Source: Snowella sp. (GTDB taxonomy: Bacteria; Cyanobacteriota; Cyanobacteriia; Cyanobacteriales; Microcystaceae). From it: DNA of 64,000 bases. Under the pieces are notes generated by a model. It did not search any database, had not been told where the DNA came from, and was given only the letters and a program-made list of their open reading frames with translations. The position numbers and the translations under genes are program-made. Positions 32,027 through 42,609 of the stretch are shown in pieces (position 1 is the first letter of the stretch; every line of letters begins with the position of its first letter). The stretch lies in NCBI GenBank assembly GCA_035285545.1, contig JAYKGY010000104.1, positions 146,650 to 210,649 on the forward strand, in the 5' to 3' direction.

Positions 32027-32587
32027 TCAAGCCCTGACCAATTCTTTGATTTCGCGCTCCATATCAGGCGTTATTTCGGTCGATCGGGCGGGAAGCTCCA
32101 CTATTCCTCGTTTTCCGTTTTGCCCAATATCATCGAGGAGGCGTTGCATCGCAGCAATTTCACGGATCTGCGACTCAATAATTTCATCGGCAAGTTGACG
32201 AACACGCGGATCACTAATGCTAGCTTTTCGGGCATTATTGATAGCAATAGAGTGATGGGGGATCATCGACTTCATAAAATTGACATCTCCGATTAGCATT
32301 TGATCCCTATTCACAGACAGCAAAATTAAGCCAAACACCGTCGCTAAACTGAGAACTGCAACTTTAATCCTGATTCCTCGATACATCGACCACATAAAGG
32401 AAAGCATGATAATCGCCATCACGCACCCCATTACCAAGGAAGAGAGCAGTCGATTGACACTAAACCTTGCATGGTCAAGGGAATAGATAAGCTGATACAT
32501 CAAGAAAAACATAATGAAAGTTGAAGTCGCGATCATCGCTGCAAATCTGTACCAACTCATTCCCGACATTGATTTCTGTTGAGCCAT
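32027..32587 (-). CDS. DUF305 domain membrane protein
   Basis: Three N-terminal TM segments, then [13 protein letters not shown] and [12 protein letters not shown]. Confidence 0.85.
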   Translation of the reverse strand: MAQQKSMSGMSWYRFAAMIATSTFIMFFLMYQLIYSLDHARFSVNRLLSSLVMGCVMAIIMLSFMWSMYRGIRIKVAVLSLATVFGLILLSVNRDQMLIGDVNFMKSMIPHHSIAINNARKASISDPRVRQLADEIIESQIREIAAMQRLLDDIGQNGKRGIVELPARSTEITPDMEREIKELVRA

Positions 32588-32763
32588 ACGGTTTCGACCT
32601 TGAATGCTACTATTTCACATTAGAGCCTTGACTCAACGGCTCGCATCACTCCGAGGTAACGTGAATCCCAATAATGGAGCAAGCCTATAAATTGTTTTCA
32701 ACAGACTTAAAAACATGCTCATGAGTGACCTGGAAGAAAAATTCTAGCGAGAAGAATCTTTTT

Positions 32764-34128
32764 TCAGGAATTGGGGGTAATTCTGGCTTTTCTGCTTTCC
32801 AGTAGGGTCAAGACCGTTTGATAGTGTTCCGTTAGGCGTTGGCGATCGCAGTCATCGAGTAGGCGATCATAACTACTTTGAAAAATCCTTTCAGCATGAT
32901 TTCCTAACAGAACCAGATAGGGAAAATGATCGGTATGGCTGATAATTAACTGGATTGCTTGCAATAGGCGAGTTGTCACTACTAAATCTGAAGTGCCGTA
33001 ACGTCGAATTTGGTTAAAGGCTAAATCCACTAAAGTCTCAAAAGAAATCGGTTCAGCGATCACTCGCAATTGAAGCGTACTCTCATCACAACGATCATCA
33101 TAAGCGTAGGCAGAGGGCATGGGTCGCTGGACAAGTTGCGTTAAGGCTGCACCGAGGCGATCGATACATCGGATGGCGGTAAAGGGATCATTAATTCCGG
33201 GAGAAAGGGCCCGCAGAGCAATCTCAACTAACTGATCGATGGGAAACTCAATATCTTGGTGTTCTGTGCGTTCTCTACCCAACACAAATGCCTGATTAAT
33301 CTGATGGATGAGTTTGGCATTAACTTGCCTGCCTGGATAAACAAGCAACAATGGCTGATGTTTGATAATAAATTCTCCAGGTCTGAGGAGTAGACGAAAC
33401 ACTAAATTGTGTTGACAGGAAAGTTGCAACAATCGACGATTATCAATGATTTGTAAGTAGCCAGTATGATGGGAGTTGATAGGACGAGCTTGAGCATCAA
33501 AATCATCAGGAATAGTAGGGTTTTGTTGCGTATGGGCGCAATTATTCTGTTCTATGGCTTCGGGAAAAAGGCGATTGATTCCATCGTCTAATTCCTCGGC
33601 AACGCTAGCAATCACGTAGGAAGCTTGAATAATGGTTGATGCATGATGAATAAAATAAATTAGGACTCCTGTTCCCAAAATCGCGAGTATAATGCTCATT
33701 GTGACTGAAAACTGCGGCACAAAGAGATTGTAATTTTCTCCATAAATGGTTCGTAGCACTAACAAACAGTAGAGAAAGGTGGCAATAAAAGTACCCAGGA
33801 CAATTTGATTTCCTCGGTCTTGCATAAAATTTCGCAATAATCGGGGGCCAAAATTGGATGAAGCAAGCTGTAGGGCAACAATGGTGATGGAAAAAGCCGT
33901 TACTGCGACTGTCATCATGGAACTGGCAACTGCCGAAAGTAGTTCTCGTGCGCCGTCTGGGCCGCCACTATAAATCCAACTGAGTTTTTGAGAGGCGATC
34001 GCATCTGTCCGATCCAAGGCCAGCATTGCAAAAGCCAGAGCAATGCCGCCCAGGGCCATTAAACTGGGGAAAAACCAATAGCTAGATAGCAAGATGTCCC
34101 AAAATTTATTTAATTTAGTATTTTTCAT
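32764..34128 (-). CDS. DUF2254 family membrane protein
   Basis: LASSNFGPRLL, GYLQ, IALRALSPGINDPFTA. Confidence 0.88.
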   Translation of the reverse strand: MKNTKLNKFWDILLSSYWFFPSLMALGGIALAFAMLALDRTDAIASQKLSWIYSGGPDGARELLSAVASSMMTVAVTAFSITIVALQLASSNFGPRLLRNFMQDRGNQIVLGTFIATFLYCLLVLRTIYGENYNLFVPQFSVTMSIILAILGTGVLIYFIHHASTIIQASYVIASVAEELDDGINRLFPEAIEQNNCAHTQQNPTIPDDFDAQARPINSHHTGYLQIIDNRRLLQLSCQHNLVFRLLLRPGEFIIKHQPLLLVYPGRQVNAKLIHQINQAFVLGRERTEHQDIEFPIDQLVEIALRALSPGINDPFTAIRCIDRLGAALTQLVQRPMPSAYAYDDRCDESTLQLRVIAEPISFETLVDLAFNQIRRYGTSDLVVTTRLLQAIQLIISHTDHFPYLVLLGNHAERIFQSSYDRLLDDCDRQRLTEHYQTVLTLLESRKARITPNS

Positions 34129-34552
34129 TATTTTTTATGAATACAGTAATTTAAAGTAATTTAAAATAAGTTTGGCAGTCAAAAACGGTTTAAAAGCTTG
34201 TTATCAAAGCATTTCGTGACGTTATTTTTATTGAGAATGGCGATAGCTTACGCTTGAGGCTGGTTTATATTTTGAAGATCGATTAGAGAATTATCCCGAT
34301 GCGTTTCATGTAATTACCAAAAGCGAAACAGTAAGGATGAAAAGAAATAATTCGGACAATCGCCATTGATGTGCCCGATTTTGTCAAAAACAGAAAGTTG
34401 TGTCTCGCTCAGTGGCAATGCTTGACCTAACGATGGCTTTATTCGCCAAATTCAGCGTCAAGGTTATAGTTAATGGGTTATGTAACGGGAAGTTAGCCTG
34501 ATTTGCTGGAAACTTTCAAGAAAAATTGGGTATAAACAGCGAAATGTAGGCT

Positions 34553-36550
34553 TTAATTGATAACAGAAATTTCATTTTCTTCTATTACAACCGTATTGGG
34601 TTGATCCCATTCCAAGACTAACGTGCGAATTAAACGCGCGATCGCTTTTTGAATTAAACCCTCAGCAATTTGTTGGCCCATGCGTTGCGTCTCAGGATTC
34701 ATCAGGAGTTTTGTCAGTACAGGAACCAACTTCATTGGATCAAAGCCGCGGGTATTGCGTAAAATCTGCCAGATGACTTTTAAATGATCAAAGGTTTTTG
34801 TCTGAGTTTGTAATTCCACTGGCGTATTCGGAACGGCTAAGCCGACTTGTTCCCGAATCCCAATGGTCAGATTAAACCAACTGCGACGACCGAACAGATC
34901 AATGGCATTAATTAATTCTGTTACCAAGCGATCGCGGATAAAACTGCCCCGTTCTGAGAATAAAAAGTTCGTGCCTTGCTCCAAAACTCTGTCAAAATCA
35001 AAATCAGGGGAATTTCGGGCATTATTTAATAGATTTTCCAACCGATTCCAACGAAAACTGCCATCTTTAAACAATAAATCCTGTAAAGAAGCCCGAAGTT
35101 GGGGAGAATCATCGGTTAATAGACGTTTCGCTACGTAGGGATAGGCTTTGGTTAATACTTTAAAATTCGGGTCAATCCCAATGGCAATCCCTTCTAACGT
35201 CACCATTGAGCGAATAATTAAGGCGTAATAGGCAGGAACCCGAAAGGGAAATTCATACATCATCGCCGACATTTGGTCGGTAATACTTTTAAAATTCAAT
35301 TCCGCTACGCTCGCCCCTAGCGCATTCCCAAATACCTGGGTCAAGGCGGGAATAATCGGCCTTAAATCGGTATCAGGTTTTAAAAACTCTAAATGAACGT
35401 AATCGTGAGCTAATGCCTCAAAATCCCGATTGACCAGATGCACCACCGCTTCAATTAACCCATAACGCTGATAGGGCTTAATGGTACTCATCATCCCAAA
35501 GTCAAGATAGGCTAAGCGTCCATCCTTCATTGCTAGTAAATTACCAGGATGGGGATCGGCATGGAAAAAGCCGTTTTCTAATAATTGCCGCAGAGAGCAT
35601 TGCACGCCCACTTCGACTAAATGGGTTGCATCGATGCCTTGAGCCTGAATCGCCCGAATATTAGTTAACTTGGTTCCCTCAATCCATTCCATCGTCAACA
35701 CCCGACGGCCGCTATATTCCCAATAAATGCAGGGTACATAAATTTCTTGGAGGTGGCCATAGAGTTCGGCAAACTTTTCGGCATTGCGTCCCTCTTGGAT
35801 ATAGTTCATTTCTTCAAAGATGCGGCTGGCTAATTCATCGGTAATAGCGACTAAATCGGAACGAATCCGTTTAACATTTTGATTTGCCCAAATCGACAGC
35901 GATCGCATGATGTAAATATCGAGCGTAATCTGCTTAATCAGATCGGGACGTTGAACCTTAACCGCAACCTTTTCCCCCGTTTTTAAAATGCCTCGGTACA
36001 CCTGCCCCAGGGATGCTGCCGCAATGGGATCTTCGGATAATTCGGCAAAAACGTCTAACGGATTAGCTCCCAATTCCTCTTCCATCAATTCATAGGCAAC
36101 TTCATTGGGAAAGGGCGGCAGTTGATCCTGTAGCGTGGTTAATTCCTGTAAATAAAGCGGCGGAACTAAGTCAGGACGGGTAGAGAGTGCCTGACCAACT
36201 TTGATATAGGTTGGCCCCAGTTTGGTTAACAGTTCCCGCAGTTGGACAGCGCGTTTGCGGTCGGTTTTGGGATTTTTCCCCACAAATTTATCCCATTGCA
36301 ACCCGAAAATAAACCAAACCAGGGGAATAATAATTCTAAATAAGCGACGAATAACCTGAAAAGGACGCTGACGATAAAATTCAGTAATTAATTCGGGATG
36401 ATAACGCCAACTTTCGGGAAACAGATCACTCACCGGCCCCAAGTCTTCGGTATGGGCAAGGGGAAGATGGATCGGTTGCGCTTCCACAGAAAGGGTTTCT
36501 AATCCGTCTTCTATGATGTCGGAACTCGGCGTAATCATCGCTTGGGGCAT
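34553..36550 (-). CDS. ABC1/AarF/UbiB family atypical kinase
   Basis: LGPTYIKVGQALSTRPD, AAASLGQVY, VAVKVQRP, FHADPHPGN, LDFGM. Confidence 0.95.
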   Translation of the reverse strand: MPQAMITPSSDIIEDGLETLSVEAQPIHLPLAHTEDLGPVSDLFPESWRYHPELITEFYRQRPFQVIRRLFRIIIPLVWFIFGLQWDKFVGKNPKTDRKRAVQLRELLTKLGPTYIKVGQALSTRPDLVPPLYLQELTTLQDQLPPFPNEVAYELMEEELGANPLDVFAELSEDPIAAASLGQVYRGILKTGEKVAVKVQRPDLIKQITLDIYIMRSLSIWANQNVKRIRSDLVAITDELASRIFEEMNYIQEGRNAEKFAELYGHLQEIYVPCIYWEYSGRRVLTMEWIEGTKLTNIRAIQAQGIDATHLVEVGVQCSLRQLLENGFFHADPHPGNLLAMKDGRLAYLDFGMMSTIKPYQRYGLIEAVVHLVNRDFEALAHDYVHLEFLKPDTDLRPIIPALTQVFGNALGASVAELNFKSITDQMSAMMYEFPFRVPAYYALIIRSMVTLEGIAIGIDPNFKVLTKAYPYVAKRLLTDDSPQLRASLQDLLFKDGSFRWNRLENLLNNARNSPDFDFDRVLEQGTNFLFSERGSFIRDRLVTELINAIDLFGRRSWFNLTIGIREQVGLAVPNTPVELQTQTKTFDHLKVIWQILRNTRGFDPMKLVPVLTKLLMNPETQRMGQQIAEGLIQKAIARLIRTLVLEWDQPNTVVIEENEISVIN

Positions 36551-36573
36551 AAGTTAACACGGGGAATGCAGAT

Positions 36574-36591
36574 TATGTTAACTATTGTAAC
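36574..36591 (-). promoter_or_regulatory. Putative HLR1 (RpaB) site overlapping a TACAAT -10 element
   Basis: Minus strand GTTACAAT-AG-TTAACATA, one mismatch from the (G/T)TTACA(T/A)(T/A) direct repeat, about 24 bp before the ABC1 start. Confidence 0.45.
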
Positions 36592-36623
36592 AAGCTTTGC
36601 CTTGAGCTTTGGTTGACTCTTAG

Positions 36624-37322
36624 TCAGGCTTTTTCAAAATACCAAGCCCGATGCCAGTGGTAATGGCTAATTTCTCGTCCAGAGGCAAACCCTGCTTCAT
36701 CTGCCATTGCACACAAAGTTAAAGCGGTTTCAGGAAAGTCACTACTACGGATATGTTCACTTAAAGCGGTCTTATCTTCGGGCGCGATCGCTGTCCATTC
36801 TTTTTGAATACGGTTTATATAATGCTCATAGTATTGCTCTCGGTCTTCTCGTTCATCCCGCATTACATCGATTAAGACTAAGATTCCTGAAAATTTTAAG
36901 CGTTTAAAGGCATAGGAGAAGAATTCGGCTTTTTCAGCAAGGGAAAAATGATGGAGGGCAAAGCTACAAAAGATTAAATCAAAGGTATCTATGTTTTCCT
37001 GTAATCCTGTGAGTAAGTCGCCTTGGAAAAAGTCAAGTTGGGTATGAAGGGGGGCTAGATTTTGTTGGGCTTGCGCGATCGCGGTTTCAGAAAGATCATA
37101 ACCTCGATAGTAGGCAACTTTGCGATTTTGGAGAATTTGGGCGAAATGGTAGGCACTGCCACACCCTAAATCTAGAACTTTAATGGCGCGATCGCGGAAT
37201 TGTCGAGCGAGTAACAGGTTAACATCCTGATATAACTCCCGATGAGACATATAGTTATACTCTAGGATTTGGCCATAAACTGACCAGGCATCGAAAAATT
37301 CCTTAACGCTCGTTTCGTCCAT
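36624..37322 (-). CDS. Class I SAM-dependent methyltransferase
   Basis: VLDLGCG, YDLS, FDLIFCSFALHH, LKFSGILV. Confidence 0.9.
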   Translation of the reverse strand: MDETSVKEFFDAWSVYGQILEYNYMSHRELYQDVNLLLARQFRDRAIKVLDLGCGSAYHFAQILQNRKVAYYRGYDLSETAIAQAQQNLAPLHTQLDFFQGDLLTGLQENIDTFDLIFCSFALHHFSLAEKAEFFSYAFKRLKFSGILVLIDVMRDEREDREQYYEHYINRIQKEWTAIAPEDKTALSEHIRSSDFPETALTLCAMADEAGFASGREISHYHWHRAWYFEKA

Positions 37323-37340
37323 TATGCTTATTAATATTGT

Positions 37341-37583
37341 TTAAGTTTCGGTCAAGAATAGATCTTCAGAATAGGGAATCGTTTGTCCAGTAAAGGCTTC
37401 ATATAAACCTTGGCGAATTCCTTCAATAACAACTTCTGTTGGGGTCTCGTCTGGATCGATATCTTCGTTATCAACCATCAGAACAATAACATGAACAGAT
37501 TGAGGTTGAGTAACTATTAACGGTTTATCAAGGATAAGTTGACCGTTTTCATCAATTTTTGCTGTTGTTTTAATGGTTTTCAT
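37341..37583 (-). CDS. Small antitoxin-like hypothetical protein
   Basis: MKTIKTTAKIDENGQLILDKPL...IRQGLYEAFTGQTIP, a pattern seen in cyanobacterial partners of RelE-type toxins. Confidence 0.55.
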   Translation of the reverse strand: MKTIKTTAKIDENGQLILDKPLIVTQPQSVHVIVLMVDNEDIDPDETPTEVVIEGIRQGLYEAFTGQTIPYSEDLFLTET

Positions 37584-37639
37584 TGTTGTTGTTGTTGATA
37601 GCTTACCCTTTTATTATCGTCGTTATTTTAACTTGAGTA

Positions 37640-38566
37640 ATGATCAAAAAACCTTCGGGTTGGCAAGTGGGAATAATTTTGGGCATTGGGGTTTTTATGA
37701 CCTCGACTTCTGCCATTTTTATTCGCTTATCCTTAAATGCTGCTAATCGCTCAGGGGTTGATTTTAGCTTGTTTCTAGCCGCCACTCGGTTGATGATAAC
37801 CGCTTTAGTCCTTATTCCCAATTGGCGTAAACTCCGACCCGTTAACCCATCGCCCCAGCCCTACTATTACGCGATCGCCGCAGGAATTTGTTTAGCTCTC
37901 CATTTTGCCACTTGGATCAGTTCCCTCTCCTTTACCTCTATTGCCGCTTCCACTGCTTTAGTAACAACCAATCCCGTTTGGGTCGCCCTGCTATCTTGGT
38001 TTTGGTGGCGAGAAAAACCCAGCCGTCGAGTAATTGCGGGAATTGTCATTGCTCTCCTGGGAGGCTTCATAATTGCCTTCAGTGATGCCCAAGGAAACGC
38101 CAATTATAGTAATCCCTTGTTGGGTGATACCTTAGCTCTCATCGGTTCCTGGTTAGCCAGTTTGTATCTTTTGTTTGGACGAGAAGCGCAAAAACAAGGC
38201 TTAAGCATCGGCCAATATATCGTCATTGCCTATACCGTCGCTGCATTGTGTTTATTTCCTTTTCCCTTCTTCTCTGGGCAAGGCTATTTGAGCTATCCCG
38301 CCCCTGTTTATCTTTATGTCTTGCTAATGGCTATTTTTCCTCAATTGATTGGCCATACCAGTATTAATTGGGCTGTAACTTGGATTTCTCCCACGATTGT
38401 CACCCTCGCCATTTTATTTGAACCCTTGGGATCGAGTTTCCTCGGTTGGCTGATTTTTCAAGAAATTCCCCCTGTTACCGTGATCATCGGTGGATTGATT
38501 TTATTATTAGGAGTAGCGATCGCCGCGATCGGTAATAAAAAGAACCAACAAACCGATCTAACTTAA
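37640..38566 (+). CDS. DMT/EamA family transporter
   Basis: About ten TM segments, LALHFATWISSL, LGDTLAL, GHTSINW, EPLG. Confidence 0.9.
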   Translation: MIKKPSGWQVGIILGIGVFMTSTSAIFIRLSLNAANRSGVDFSLFLAATRLMITALVLIPNWRKLRPVNPSPQPYYYAIAAGICLALHFATWISSLSFTSIAASTALVTTNPVWVALLSWFWWREKPSRRVIAGIVIALLGGFIIAFSDAQGNANYSNPLLGDTLALIGSWLASLYLLFGREAQKQGLSIGQYIVIAYTVAALCLFPFPFFSGQGYLSYPAPVYLYVLLMAIFPQLIGHTSINWAVTWISPTIVTLAILFEPLGSSFLGWLIFQEIPPVTVIIGGLILLLGVAIAAIGNKKNQQTDLT

Positions 38567-38707
38567 CAATAAAGTCTTAATTTCTAACGAATTGCCGCTT
38601 CCTAAGACGATTAGCCTGTGCGACTTGTGTTTAGGGTCGCAATTATTGAAACCTCTCATTGTGTGATACAAATTCTAGAAATATCAAAAATTAACTGAAA
38701 AAATAAA

Positions 38708-39985
38708 ATGACTCATTTTGGATTAATTTCTCCTGGATCGACAGGGCCCCTAAACACCATGCTTCCTTTGGGTCAAGAGCTACAAAGGCGCGGTCATCAG
38801 GTTACTCTTTTTGGCATATTGGATACTCAGCCCAAGGCATTAGCCGCAGAAATAGATTTTCAAGCAATTGGAGAGGATGAATTTCCATGCGGAATGACTC
38901 AAAAAATTTTTGCTGAATTAGGAAAATTAAAAGGATTAGCGGCATTGAAATATACCGTTAAATTTCTAACCTTGGAGGCAGTCACATTGCTTCGAGATGC
39001 ACCTTCTCGCATGAAGGATTTAGGCGTAGAAGCTTTAATTGTTAATCAAGGTTCATCCCAAGGGGGAACAGTTGCAGACTTTTTAGAAATTCCTTTTGTA
39101 ACCGTTTGTAGTGCAGTCGTGTTAAATCGAGAGCCAAGCATTCCTCCATTTAATACTGATTGGCCCTATGATCCATCTTGGTGGGGATATTTACGCAATA
39201 AATTAGGTTATCAACTTCTAAACCGTGTGGCTAAGCCTATTACGGATGCTCTTAATGAATATCGTCAAGAGCATCATCTGCCCCTTTATTTCCATCCTAA
39301 TGAACGTTACTCTTCATTAGCCCAAATTAGTCAAGCACCTGCCGCTTTTGAGTTTCCTCGACAACAATTACCTGCTTATTTTCATTTTACGGGGCCTTAT
39401 CATTCCCAAAATAGTCGGAAATTTGTGGATTTTCCTTATGAAAAGTTGATAGGAAAACCGTTAATTTATGCTTCGATGGGAACGTTACAAAATCGGTTAA
39501 TTGGCGTGTTTAAAGATATTGCGATGGCTTGCCAAGAGTTTGATGCCCAACTCGTGATTTCTTTGGGAGGATCAGCCCCCCCCGAATCATTGCCTAACCT
39601 GTCAGGAAATCCTTTGATCGTTGAATATGCTCCTCAGCTAGAAATTCTAAAAAAAGCGACCTTAATGATTACCCATGCTGGCATGAATACAGCGATGGAA
39701 TGTCTAATGAATGCTGTTCCAATGGTTGCTATCCCCGTTGCAAATGATCAGCCAGGGGTTGCTTCAAGGATTGCCTGGTCTGGCTGTGGCGAAAGTATTC
39801 CTCTCAAAAAGTTAACTGTATCTAAGCTAAAAACCGCGATTCAAAAAGTGTTAACCGAAGATTCCTACAAACAAAATGCGGTTAGATTACAAAGTGCCAT
39901 TCAACAAGCGGGGGGAGTTAGTCGAGCGGCTGATATTATTGAGCAAGCTATTTCAACAAAAAAGCCCGTTTTAGCTGAAAGATAA
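38708..39985 (+). CDS. GT1/MGT family glycosyltransferase (CrtX-like)
   Basis: LQRRGHQV, YASMGT, YAPQLEIL...ITHAGMNT...DQPGVA. Confidence 0.9.
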   Translation: MTHFGLISPGSTGPLNTMLPLGQELQRRGHQVTLFGILDTQPKALAAEIDFQAIGEDEFPCGMTQKIFAELGKLKGLAALKYTVKFLTLEAVTLLRDAPSRMKDLGVEALIVNQGSSQGGTVADFLEIPFVTVCSAVVLNREPSIPPFNTDWPYDPSWWGYLRNKLGYQLLNRVAKPITDALNEYRQEHHLPLYFHPNERYSSLAQISQAPAAFEFPRQQLPAYFHFTGPYHSQNSRKFVDFPYEKLIGKPLIYASMGTLQNRLIGVFKDIAMACQEFDAQLVISLGGSAPPESLPNLSGNPLIVEYAPQLEILKKATLMITHAGMNTAMECLMNAVPMVAIPVANDQPGVASRIAWSGCGESIPLKKLTVSKLKTAIQKVLTEDSYKQNAVRLQSAIQQAGGVSRAADIIEQAISTKKPVLAER

Positions 39986-40023
39986 AGCTTAATTGATTTA
40001 ATATCTCTCAAATTTGACGTAAT

Positions 40024-40905
40024 ATGAAAAAACTATTGGTAACCGGAGCAAGTGGCTTTTTGGGTTGGAATTTATGTCAATTTGCTAAATCCGATTGGCA
40101 AGTTTTTGGAACCTATTGGACGCATGAAATAAATTTTCCTGAAATTCATTTAACTAAAATTGATCTAACTAATTTTCAAGCTTTAAGGCAATTATTAGAA
40201 ACGATTAAACCCGATGCGATTCTCCATTTAGCCGCCCAATCTCAACCGAATTTTTGCCAAAAAAATCCTGAAATATCCTATCAAGTTAATGTCACCAGTT
40301 CGGTAAATCTTGCAAGCCTAGCTGCCGAGTTACAAGTTCCCTTTGTCTTTACCTCCACCGATCTAGTTTTTGATGGCACTAATCCCCCCTATACCGAAAG
40401 CGATCGCGTTTGCCCAATCAATCTTTACGGAGAACACAAAGTCAAAGCCGAACAGGAAATTTTAAAAATTTATCCCAATAGCGTTATTTGTCGGATGCCG
40501 TTGATGTTTGGACGACCCTCTCCTACTTCCCAGAGTTTTATTCAACCCTTTATTGAAACCCTCAAAGCCGGAAAACCCCTCAGTTTATTTGAAGATGAAA
40601 TGCGATCGCCGGTTAGTTCTACCACCGCAGCCCAAGGAATTTTATTAGCTTTAGAGAAATGCCGAGGAGAAATCTTGCATTTAGGTGGGAAAGAGTCCGT
40701 TTCTCGCCATCAATTTGGGTTAATCATGGCAGAACAATTAGATTTACCCACTGATCAAATTACCGCCTGTTTACAAGCCGATGTACCAATGGCGGCTCCT
40801 CGTCCCAAGGATGTTTCCCTCAATAGCACTAAAGCCTATGGGTTAGGGTATCAACCACCAAGTTTAAGAGAAGAGTTCAATCGCCTAAAAAAGCATACCG
40901 AATAA
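40024..40905 (+). CDS. RfbD/RmlD-like NAD(P)-dependent oxidoreductase
   Basis: TGASGFLG, STDLVFDG, YGEHK, RPKDVSL. Confidence 0.88.
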   Translation: MKKLLVTGASGFLGWNLCQFAKSDWQVFGTYWTHEINFPEIHLTKIDLTNFQALRQLLETIKPDAILHLAAQSQPNFCQKNPEISYQVNVTSSVNLASLAAELQVPFVFTSTDLVFDGTNPPYTESDRVCPINLYGEHKVKAEQEILKIYPNSVICRMPLMFGRPSPTSQSFIQPFIETLKAGKPLSLFEDEMRSPVSSTTAAQGILLALEKCRGEILHLGGKESVSRHQFGLIMAEQLDLPTDQITACLQADVPMAAPRPKDVSLNSTKAYGLGYQPPSLREEFNRLKKHTE

Positions 40906-41093
40906 CAAATAATAGGGTAAAATGTTAGTTATAAAAATGCTGATTGAGAAGATAGATTTGAGTAATATTTATATTAGTTTATTTTTTATATAAACCTTGT
41001 TTTATATGCTCTTTAGAGAATCACTACCATCGACTCACTACCCGTTAATTGAGGCTAATTTAATGAGATTAAATGACCTATTACGCCACAATC

Positions 41094-42314
41094 TTAAGCC
41101 GTTCTCAATGCCACAATCGGATCAAGCTTGGCTGCCCGTTGAGCAGGAATCACGCCGAAAATTAGTCCAATCGTGCTAGAAATCCCTAAAGAGAGCGCGA
41201 TCGCAGGAATGGAAACTCCCGCCGATAGGGGAGAAATCAAACCAATCACAATAACGATACCTGACCCAATAGCGATTCCTAAAATACCACCGATCGCCGA
41301 CACAATCACCGCTTCAACTAAAAACTGCATTAAAATATCACTTTTACTCGCTCCAATGGCTTTTCTTAGCCCAATTTCTTGAGTTCTTTCGGTGACAGAA
41401 ACTAACATAATATTCATCACCCCGATCCCGCCGACAACTAAAGAAATACTCGCGATCGCGGCTAACATGATCGTTAACCCCCCTGTGACCGTTCCCACAA
41501 TATCTAACATTTGTTTCGCCGTTGTCACGTTAAAATCATCCTCTTCATTTTGAATTTTGTGGCGTAAGCGAATTAAATTTTCGATTTGAAATTGGGCTGC
41601 CCGAATACTTTGTTCATCCTTAGCTTTCACATTAATCCAACTTAATTCAATGCCAAAGGGAGAAGTCCGCCCGACAATTTGACTGACCATGGTGGTTAGG
41701 GGAATAAACACAGCTTCATCCTGATTGTTGCCTAAAAAAGAGCCTTTTTCTTCCATCACGCCAATAATTTCAAAATTAATATTATTGAGTCGGATTCTTT
41801 CTCCAATCGGATTTTGGGTTTTAAAAAAACGTTGGGCAATTTCACTGCCAATGACGACAACCCGTTTCGCACGTTCTACATCCATTGAGGTTAAAAATCG
41901 TCCTTTTTCGACATAAAAACTGCGAATATCTTGATAATCAGGCGTAGTTCCAATAATTAAACCATTGGTGTTTTGATTACGGTAACTCATCAATTGTCGT
42001 CGATTAATTTCAGGCGCAACCCCTTCAATACTGGGCACTTGAGCCGCGATCGCGTCTGAATCGGCTAAAACTAAGGTGCGGGGCAGTTCAAAGGTTGTAT
42101 TCTGGGCTTTACGAGATCCGGGCAAGACAAACATCACATTTGGGCCAAGATCGGATAACTTTTCTTCCGCAAGTTGTTGCGCCCCCTGACCAATGCCAAT
42201 CATAGCAATGACTGAAGCATTTCCAATAATAATCCCCAACATGGTTAAGGTACTGCGTAACTTATTGGCCATTAACATTGAGGAGGCAATTTTAAAACTT
42301 TCAGAAAAATCCAT
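41094..42314 (-). CDS. ABC transporter permease (MacB/FtsX family)
   Basis: RSTLTMLGIIIG, GGIGVMNIMLVSVTERTQEIGLRKAIGA, PAQRAAKLDPIVALR. Confidence 0.95.
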   Translation of the reverse strand: MDFSESFKIASSMLMANKLRSTLTMLGIIIGNASVIAMIGIGQGAQQLAEEKLSDLGPNVMFVLPGSRKAQNTTFELPRTLVLADSDAIAAQVPSIEGVAPEINRRQLMSYRNQNTNGLIIGTTPDYQDIRSFYVEKGRFLTSMDVERAKRVVVIGSEIAQRFFKTQNPIGERIRLNNINFEIIGVMEEKGSFLGNNQDEAVFIPLTTMVSQIVGRTSPFGIELSWINVKAKDEQSIRAAQFQIENLIRLRHKIQNEEDDFNVTTAKQMLDIVGTVTGGLTIMLAAIASISLVVGGIGVMNIMLVSVTERTQEIGLRKAIGASKSDILMQFLVEAVIVSAIGGILGIAIGSGIVIVIGLISPLSAGVSIPAIALSLGISSTIGLIFGVIPAQRAAKLDPIVALRTA

Positions 42315-42320
42315 TTTTTT

Positions 42321-42397
42321 TAGTTAATAGTTAATAGTTAATAGTTAATAGTTAATAGTTAATAGTTAATAGTTAATATTTGATGGTTAATATTTGA
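42321..42397. repeat. Heptamer tandem repeat (TAGTTAA)8 plus 3 degenerate units
   Basis: Eight perfect copies at 42321-42376, then TATTTGA TGGTTAA TATTTGA. Confidence 0.95.
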
Positions 42398-42493
42398 TAT
42401 AGCAATTTTTATGAAAGCAAAGTACGAATAATAGGCTTAACCTCTTTTTTGACAAGTTTTATGGGAACCTCATAATAATAGAAAAAAGCCATA
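42398..42493. mobile_element. Possible degenerate MITE-like element
   Basis: Ends TATAGCAATTTTTAT...AAAGTAC and GGAACCTCAT...GAAAAAAGCCATA are imperfect inverted repeats; one TAGTTAA unit resumes immediately after. Confidence 0.35.
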
Positions 42494-42609
42494 GTTAATA
42501 ATTGTATTAGTAGAAAAAATCGTTTTTTTAAATAAACATCATTAATACTTACAAATTATGTTTTTTGTTCTTTTAAAAACTTGCCTCATTACTTTAATCT
42601 CAAAATGAC

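Noticed and set aside
31922..32296. 124-aa plus-strand ORF
   Set aside because: Largely antisense to the DUF305 gene, with no motif.
34130..34550. Small ORF or MITE in the long intergenic region
   Set aside because: Only short frames and one possible element end were found; no convincing paired terminal repeats.
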